NCBI RefSeq assembly: GCF_008000775.2
Contig: NZ_CP042905.2
Location: 2,700,001 to 2,732,000 of the forward strand
Length of the DNA: 32,000 bases
Direction: 5' to 3'
DNA from: Promethearchaeum syntrophicum
GTDB taxonomy: Archaea; Asgardarchaeota; Lokiarchaeia; Sigyniarchaeales; Promethearchaeaceae
The position numbers and the translations under genes were made by a program. Positions 25,490-32,000 of this stretch are shown piece by piece. The notes below the pieces were generated by a model. The model did not search any database and was not told where the DNA came from. It saw only the letters and a list, made by a program, of their open reading frames with translations. Position 1 is the stretch's first letter. Every line of letters starts with the position of its first letter.

Positions 25490-26980
25490 ATGGAGAATTC
25501 TATTGAATTAAAATTTGCTGCTGAGTTGATAAATTCTGCTCAATTGAAAGGCACCCTAGGAAAGAAAAGCTTTAAAAAAGAAATCCTTGCCCTAATTCTT
25601 TTAATGTTTATTCTAACTGGAATATTTTTCATATTATTTAGATTTCGAAATAATGAGATTTTCTTATCATTTGTCCAAACGAGCCGAGAAGCCCGAATAA
25701 TCATGATCTACCATTCACTTTCAATACCATTTATTGCCGTCTGTACATTTTGGCTTCTTGAATTCTATAATGTACGTGAAAAGATGATACTAACAATAAA
25801 AATCTTAATATTACCTGGAACATTCATTGCTTCTATTTCTGGTGCAATTTTTGCATATACTCGGATAATGTTGTTTCATGATTTTTTTTATTTAGGAATG
25901 TTCCTTGTATTCATCAGTGGATGTGTTTTTCTAGCTTCTGTATGGCTTAAAAAAGGAAAATTTCCCTATCCGGAAGAAGAACTACCGGAAGGATCTACAA
26001 TTCGGGGTTGGAGCATTGAATATTTTATCCTAACAATATTAGCAATGAGTTTATTAATTTCCTCGATAATTGGTGCACTAGCAGCCATGGAAAACTTTGT
26101 TGGAACTGCTTTTGGTTTAAATCCACCAAGAGAACCAATAGCGTTCCTAGCGGAGTATATAATTCATGATGTATCGCATGATATCGTTGAAAATTCTGTA
26201 AAATCTCATCTTCACATAATGCTAGTTGAAGCCAGTGCGATGGTTATGATGATTGCATTCCGTTATGTTAAAATGCCAAAAAACTACTATAAATTCTCTC
26301 TTCTACTATGTATTCCGGGTATCATAATTATTTCAATTGGAACATGGCTGGTAGTATTTGCATTACCAATAGCGCATATGATCATTTATGCAGGATCAAG
26401 TTTCCTTCTTCTTGCTAGTCTATTCATCATTTGGTTCGGATGGAAAGAAGTAGCAATGGAAGAATTAAGAGAAAAATATGATAAAGCATCATTTTGGAAA
26501 AGAACTAGAAGTAGTTTTTCCGATCCGATTAAATCCACTTTCTATTTTCTTCTGTTCTTTTCGTATTTTGTAATTACTTTACCAGGGTTAATTGTTGCTG
26601 CAAATTTAGAAAAATATAGGACACCCGAATATTATGAATTGGAAATTGATTTTAGCATAGGTCATTGGCACATGTTGGCTACGTTGATTGCGACAATGCT
26701 CTTATTATTAGCAATTGACTACTATAATGTCAAAGGAAAAATACGAAAAATCACTGGGATCACAATTTTTCTTGCGTCTCTTTTATCGTTCGGAGGAGGA
26801 ACCGCATATACATTGCGTCCCCTTCCAGACACGATTATAGAACCATACTTCATGATAACAATTATTGGTATTTCTTTTCTGTTTATCGGATATACTCTAG
26901 GAATTTTCATAATATATAAAGCTTATATTAAAGACCGAAAGCAATTAAAAAAAGCAAATGAAGCAGATATTCAAGATTAA
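25490..26980 (+). CDS. Multi-pass membrane protein (496 aa), unknown function
   Basis: About 12 hydrophobic segments with several His residues near membrane boundaries (EYIIHDVSHDIVENSVKSHLHIMLVEA, FSIGHWHMLATL). Confidence 0.75.
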   Translation: MENSIELKFAAELINSAQLKGTLGKKSFKKEILALILLMFILTGIFFILFRFRNNEIFLSFVQTSREARIIMIYHSLSIPFIAVCTFWLLEFYNVREKMILTIKILILPGTFIASISGAIFAYTRIMLFHDFFYLGMFLVFISGCVFLASVWLKKGKFPYPEEELPEGSTIRGWSIEYFILTILAMSLLISSIIGALAAMENFVGTAFGLNPPREPIAFLAEYIIHDVSHDIVENSVKSHLHIMLVEASAMVMMIAFRYVKMPKNYYKFSLLLCIPGIIIISIGTWLVVFALPIAHMIIYAGSSFLLLASLFIIWFGWKEVAMEELREKYDKASFWKRTRSSFSDPIKSTFYFLLFFSYFVITLPGLIVAANLEKYRTPEYYELEIDFSIGHWHMLATLIATMLLLLAIDYYNVKGKIRKITGITIFLASLLSFGGGTAYTLRPLPDTIIEPYFMITIIGISFLFIGYTLGIFIIYKAYIKDRKQLKKANEADIQD

Positions 26981-27010
26981 TATTTTTTTTAAGATAATTT
27001 ATATATAGCT

Positions 27011-27070
27011 AACTTTACTAGTGAGTGATCTTATATATCATTAAAAATATACAGAACAGTTTATCGCTTA
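27011..27070. promoter_or_regulatory. Second copy of the conserved upstream element
   Basis: AACTTTACTAGTGAGTGATCTTATATATCATTAAAAATATACAGAACAGTTTATCGCTT. Confidence 0.6.
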
Positions 27071-27295
27071 TATTTTTCAATATTTTAAAAAATAAAAGAA
27101 AAATTCTTTTATACTTCAAAAAATAAGTGTATTCATACGTTTTTTCTAAGTGTGTATAATGTTTTTTCTTTGAAAAGAAAAAACTGAACAAAAGAAACGG
27201 TGAAAGAAAGAGAATTGGATTATTACGCGTCAATTCATGATAAATATCTTAATCCCCATCTCAATTAATAAAATAATAGATTAAAAAGGATTATT

Positions 27296-28174
27296 ATGGC
27301 ATTTAAAAATATTGCATCAATGTATTTAGATTTAATAAAAGCAAAACAAACATTATTATTGCTCTTTACAGCGATTTTATCATATCTTATTTCGTTCGAA
27401 TTCAGTGAAATTATTTGGTTGGATCTGATAATTTTTAGTTTATCGATGTTTATGGCAATATCGGGAACAACGATGTTAAATATGTATGTTGATCATGATA
27501 TTGATAAGATCATGGAACGTACAAAATGTAGACCGATCCCAAGTGGTGAAATCTCAAAAGAAGTTGTTTTAATAAATGGTATCATAGTGACTGTATTAGG
27601 TTTAATACTCGGATTTGTTTTTTTAGATTGGTTAACCGCTTTGGTTATATTCCTTGGAGCATTCTTTGATTACGTTATTTATAGTATATGGCTTAAAAGA
27701 AAAACAAGATTTAGTATAATATTTGGAGGTATAGCTGGAGGACTTCCTTCAATGGCTGGAAGAGTCCTTGCAGTACAAAGAATTGATTTGATTAGCGTTT
27801 TATTTCTATTATTTATCCTAACTTGGATTCCTATTCACATACTTACACTTGCCATGCTTCCCAAAAATATTAAGGGATATAAAGAAGCTGGTGTTCCAAT
27901 GTGGCCTATTGTAAGACCATTGGAAGAAACCATGCGTGTTATTGCAGGAAGTGCATTTTTGAATATGATAATTTTGTTCTTATTAGCTTGCATTTTAGAC
28001 ACAAACCTTTTAGTTAGAGTAATAATAGCGATCTGCTGTTTAATTGTAATCTTTTTAGTGATTAAAAATCTAATTAAACCTTCAGAAAAACTCACTTTTA
28101 TAATATTCAAAGTTGCTTCAATGTTCATGGTGTTAGGTTATTTATTGACATATATTGGAGTTTTAGTAGCGTAA
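27296..28174 (+). CDS. UbiA-family prenyltransferase, protoheme IX farnesyltransferase (CtaB)-like
   Basis: NMYVDHDIDKIMERTKCRPIPSG (N/D-x3-D motif with the CtaB-type RTxxRPxxxG); second motif DYVIYSIWLKRKT; FGGIAGGLPSMAGRV. Confidence 0.85.
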   Translation: MAFKNIASMYLDLIKAKQTLLLLFTAILSYLISFEFSEIIWLDLIIFSLSMFMAISGTTMLNMYVDHDIDKIMERTKCRPIPSGEISKEVVLINGIIVTVLGLILGFVFLDWLTALVIFLGAFFDYVIYSIWLKRKTRFSIIFGGIAGGLPSMAGRVLAVQRIDLISVLFLLFILTWIPIHILTLAMLPKNIKGYKEAGVPMWPIVRPLEETMRVIAGSAFLNMIILFLLACILDTNLLVRVIIAICCLIVIFLVIKNLIKPSEKLTFIIFKVASMFMVLGYLLTYIGVLVA

Positions 28175-28214
28175 AGAAAAAAATTTTTTATAATAAGAGA
28201 ACAGAGGAATATTT

Positions 28215-29021
28215 ATGAGTTTCAATCCGTTTAGTGAAAATTTAGCTTGGTTATGGGATATTATTGCATTAGTAATCTCACTGATTTGCGTTATGATGGT
28301 AGTTCAAATTAATGGTCAAATTCAAAAAAGTGGTAAATTGCCGACTTATGTTACACGCAAAATTGTACATATCTTAGCAGCACCGGTTTTTATACTAACA
28401 TGGCTCTTTTTCTCGGGGTCTGTTTTCAGTCGATATATTGCATCTATTGTTCCAATTCTTTTTATTGTTCAATTTACTCTAATTGGCACGGGAAAAATGA
28501 AGGATGAAGCCTTTATACGATCTATGTCAAGATCCGGAGATCCAAGAGAATTACTTAAAGGAACTTTATATTATGCAGTAATTCTGTTCATCGTAACGAT
28601 CTTATGGTTTTATTTACCATCATCGGGAACAGAAAATGCAAATCCAGCAGCGCTAGTAATACTTGGGTGCCTTGCTGGAGGAGATGGTTTTGCCGATATT
28701 GTTGGTAGAAAATTTGGAGGGGAAAAAAAATTTGGACTTTTTGGCGCTGAAAAAACAATTGTGGGAACAATCGCAATGTTCGTGGGATCATTTGTCTTTA
28801 GTTTTGGTTTAATCGCTATTTTTCCAATCAGTACACCCGAATTTAATCTGGTTCAATTTTTACTCCCTACATTTATAATTTGTTTATTGGTAACAATTGT
28901 AGAAGCAATATCTCCACCAAATTCAGATAATTTGACTATCCCCATTAGTGTAGTTGTGATGATTGTTGTTTTTGCACTCTGGATCCCCTCACTATGGCCA
29001 TTTCCAATTATAAGCTTATAG
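28215..29021 (+). CDS. Phytol/dolichol kinase- or phosphatidate cytidylyltransferase-like integral membrane protein
   Basis: YVTRKIVHILAAPVF, CLAGGDGFADIVGRKFGGEKKFGLFGAEKTIVGTIAMFVGSF, typical of SEC59/VTE5-like kinases. Confidence 0.82.
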   Translation: MSFNPFSENLAWLWDIIALVISLICVMMVVQINGQIQKSGKLPTYVTRKIVHILAAPVFILTWLFFSGSVFSRYIASIVPILFIVQFTLIGTGKMKDEAFIRSMSRSGDPRELLKGTLYYAVILFIVTILWFYLPSSGTENANPAALVILGCLAGGDGFADIVGRKFGGEKKFGLFGAEKTIVGTIAMFVGSFVFSFGLIAIFPISTPEFNLVQFLLPTFIICLLVTIVEAISPPNSDNLTIPISVVVMIVVFALWIPSLWPFPIISL

Positions 29022-29031
29022 AATCTGAAAG

Positions 29032-29862
29032 TTGATAATTGTGGGACACGCTAAGAATCTAACTATAATAAAACTTGGAGGGGCGCTTTTAACCAATAAA
29101 AGTGTTCCGTATACGAGCAATGATGCAGTAATTAAGGAAATTGCACGAGAAATTAAAGAATGTTTAGCTTCAGGCTTAATTGAAGACTTGATTATTGTTC
29201 ATGGAGTCGGGTCGTTTGGACATCCTCCTGTTCTCGAACACAAGCTACATCATGGTTTCAAAGGAACACATCAGCTTATTCCTCTTTCTCAAACTCAACT
29301 CATCGTTAATAAATTCCGATTTTTCTTAGCTAATGAGCTAATAAATGTTGGTATTCCTGTTAATCTGTTTCATTCTTCATCAATATTTACAAGTGAAAAG
29401 ATGCGAATATCAAATTTTTTTCTCGATTCAATTAAGGGTTTTCTCTCCATAGGAATGGTTCCTTTGATTGGTGGAGATATGCTTTCTGATAATAAAATGG
29501 GTTTTTGCGTGGGGAGCGGTGACCAGATATTAACTCTCTTATCCAAGGAATTAGATGCAGACCAAATGATTTTTGCTACGGATGTTTCTGGAATTCATGA
29601 AGCCGATCCCAAATTAAACCCAAACAGCCCAATTATTAATAATTTAAACATTCAAGATTTGGAACAAGTAATGACCAACATGGATAATTCAAAGTTGAAA
29701 GATGCAAGTGGTGCAATGAAGGGAAAATTGCAATCTTTATTAGTCTTGAAGGAACAAATTAAAACGGGGTTTGAAATAAGCATTATTTCCATGAATTCAT
29801 ACGGGAACTTAATTTCTCTCCTTAAGGGAGATTTAAAAAAATTTACAAAAATAGCGCGTTAA
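29032..29862 (+). CDS. Isopentenyl phosphate kinase-like (amino acid kinase fold); TTG start
   Basis: TIIKLGGALLTNK, IIVHGVGSFGHPPVLEHKLHHGF, MIFATDVSGIHEADPK. Confidence 0.88.
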   Translation: MIIVGHAKNLTIIKLGGALLTNKSVPYTSNDAVIKEIAREIKECLASGLIEDLIIVHGVGSFGHPPVLEHKLHHGFKGTHQLIPLSQTQLIVNKFRFFLANELINVGIPVNLFHSSSIFTSEKMRISNFFLDSIKGFLSIGMVPLIGGDMLSDNKMGFCVGSGDQILTLLSKELDADQMIFATDVSGIHEADPKLNPNSPIINNLNIQDLEQVMTNMDNSKLKDASGAMKGKLQSLLVLKEQIKTGFEISIISMNSYGNLISLLKGDLKKFTKIAR

Positions 29863-30049
29863 TTTCTATTTTAAAAAACCTTTTACAATTTTTATCGTTC
29901 ATTTTTTATGGGAATATTCAGTACTTAAATTTAATAAGAGGTGTGATAAAAATAAAACTACTACAAAGTTTTATATTAGCTATCTCTAATCAAAACAATA
30001 TTTTAAATTAAAAAAAAGTATATCACAAAAAAAAAAATTGGCACTGAAA

Positions 30050-32000
30050 ATGATGATGAAATCAACTAAAAGAACTTGCGTTTTTCTATTTCTTACTATA
30101 TTCATGCTTGGATTAAGCACAACTCGACCTATCATAGCAGGAGAGGCTGAAAAAACAGAAGGAATGATCTATGCAGGGATATATTACAATGAAGCAGGAA
30201 GATATTTAAGCTTAGGTGTAACAATGCGATCTAGTACTGGTGAATTTAATGATAGGATTTATTTCACTATCAACGAAACGGAATATACCATGGACCCTTT
30301 CAAATACACTGGAGAAACTGGGGAGGATCTTAACTATAATTATTGGTTAAGTGGACTAAATTATGGTACGTATGAGATTAAATTTTTTCATGAAAATTCA
30401 ACTGATATTTATGAATATGAAACAATATTTACTGCAAATATTACTGAATATGAATTTCATGTAGAAGAAAATACTCACTTTGGGTATACTCGAATAGGAA
30501 ATACCAATAACATGAGTTTTTATGCCTATTGGGATAATGAAGTATTAACAGAAGAAATTGAAAATATTCAATTGATTTTAAATGGAACATCTCATCCGAT
30601 GAGTTGGCATGAATGTTCTAAAAGATTTCTTTTTAATTTGGATTTTGGAATTCATAATTCAAATACCTACAATTATTCAATTTCCTTTTCGATGGGTAAT
30701 GAAAACTTCCAAACTGAAAATAAAACATTAACGTCAAGCAATAATAAAGAAATAAGTTTTTTATCTGGAAGTTTATATCCTTTATATACTCCAGATTCTT
30801 TAGATTTTAATGTAAAAGTGTCTTATAGCACATGGCAAAATGTAGAACCTATTTTAAAACTCGAAATTGACGGATTAAATCAGACTATTGAGCCCAAATT
30901 CGATCTGCAGAGTATGTTCCAAGGTGATCAAATTTCTAGCGTAGATTGGACTTCTACACAACAATTAGGGATGTATAACATTTCTGGACTTGAAGAAGGA
31001 ACTAATCACTCAATTAAAGTTCATGCGTTTGATGATTCAAAATGGCTTACTGATGATTTAATGGACAATGAAACCCTAAGCACTCCTCCAGTAAATGAAG
31101 ATTTTACAATCGATATATTAAATTGGGGGTTTACACCAACAGACTGGTACACTACCTTACACATTGATATTAATGTTACCTGCCCATATCTTACAAATGC
31201 CTATGAGAGAAATGAAGCCAGTTTATCACTATACGGTCCAATGCTCAATAACTTTATTTTTCAAGGGATGGGTGAAGATGATTATAATGATGCAGATTAT
31301 TCGGATGGAAAAATATACAATTTCTCTTATAATTTTTGGAATGCAGAAGAAGTTTATGGGGAATTTACAGGAAAATTCCACATTTTCTATAAAAATCAGA
31401 CTACGACGACGACATATGGACACTACATCAGTTCAAATAACACATTTTCAATCTCTGAAACACCTGTTGCTGAATTCGGAATAAATAAGGAAGATTGGTT
31501 TCTTTATGAGAGTGGTTATGAATCAACCTATCGAGACTGTGATTATTGCAACCTGAAAGGAGTTTCATATTACATATATCGTATAGCTGATTTTGGTTAT
31601 GAACTTGGGGTTAATTATTTAGATCTCGAATACTATGAATGGGATAAATGCAATGAAAAATGGGTCTATGATTTTCCAAATTATGATTATTTAAAGCCGT
31701 ATTATTATGAGCACGATTCCTTTCCAACAAACGTGAACAATGCATCGATGAGAATTTGGATAAACTTAAATGATAATAGCTCACTAGATGATTGGACCTT
31801 TCTCCCTTTAAATAATATCTCCGATTATTTAGAAGATTGCTCCCGTTTATATTTTGAAGATAACAAGGACATTTCCAGAACTTCAGTCGAATTTTCGGCT
31901 AAATTGGGTGATATAAAATTTAATGGATTATTAGATATTGATAGAAAAGGATTTCTAATCGAAAGCTCATCCCAATGGGAATATGGAAAATATTTTACTT
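30050..32000 (+). CDS. Large secreted/surface protein, runs off the window end; absent from the supplied ORF track
   Basis: Continuous open frame from ATGATGATGAAATCAACTAAAAGAACTTGCGTTTTTC: MMMKSTKRTCVFLFLTIFMLGLSTTRPIIAGEAEKTEG..., many N-x-S/T sequons and aromatic/acidic residues; still open at 32000. Confidence 0.8.
   Translation, partial: MMMKSTKRTCVFLFLTIFMLGLSTTRPIIAGEAEKTEGMIYAGIYYNEAGRYLSLGVTMRSSTGEFNDRIYFTINETEYTMDPFKYTGETGEDLNYNYWLSGLNYGTYEIKFFHENSTDIYEYETIFTANITEYEFHVEENTHFGYTRIGNTNNMSFYAYWDNEVLTEEIENIQLILNGTSHPMSWHECSKRFLFNLDFGIHNSNTYNYSISFSMGNENFQTENKTLTSSNNKEISFLSGSLYPLYTPDSLDFNVKVSYSTWQNVEPILKLEIDGLNQTIEPKFDLQSMFQGDQISSVDWTSTQQLGMYNISGLEEGTNHSIKVHAFDDSKWLTDDLMDNETLSTPPVNEDFTIDILNWGFTPTDWYTTLHIDINVTCPYLTNAYERNEASLSLYGPMLNNFIFQGMGEDDYNDADYSDGKIYNFSYNFWNAEEVYGEFTGKFHIFYKNQTTTTTYGHYISSNNTFSISETPVAEFGINKEDWFLYESGYESTYRDCDYCNLKGVSYYIYRIADFGYELGVNYLDLEYYEWDKCNEKWVYDFPNYDYLKPYYYEHDSFPTNVNNASMRIWINLNDNSSLDDWTFLPLNNISDYLEDCSRLYFEDNKDISRTSVEFSAKLGDIKFNGLLDIDRKGFLIESSSQWEYGKYFT

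Noticed and set aside
31164-31484. 106-aa ORF in another frame of the large secreted protein
   Set aside because: Overlaps a longer continuous frame with better protein character.

Overview
A 32 kb AT-rich archaeal window. A protein with one gelsolin-like domain, LRR proteins, and an isoprenoid cluster containing isopentenyl phosphate kinase suggest an Asgard/Lokiarchaeia-like source (inference). Left part: lipid head-group synthase (CDP-alcohol phosphatidyltransferase), GPH-type MFS transporter, and a parallel beta-helix surface protein with an apparent non-AUG start. Central part (about 3.6-13.6 kb): an accessory segment bracketed by a 64-bp exact direct repeat. The repeat lies at the 3' end of a RuBisCO-like gene and again, as a gene-tail remnant, about 9.9 kb away, so it resembles an att-type or recombination-derived island. 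It contains a secreted protein, a small ORF plus LRR protein pair, a truncated ORF, a DDE transposase, a 559-aa orphan, a second LRR protein sharing a C-terminal motif with the first, and about 1.9 kb of dense non-coding repeats. Right part: RuBisCO-like protein, FGGY kinase, HNH/zinc-ribbon protein, class-III aminotransferase, HTH regulators, LURP-one-like protein, macrodomain, gelsolin-domain protein, membrane proteins with a shared upstream palindromic element, a UbiA/CtaB-like + polyprenol-kinase-like + IPK cluster, and a large secreted glycoprotein-like ORF running off the end. No CRISPR array, rRNA or tRNA was recognised. All calls are by eye from sequence motifs; no searches were run.
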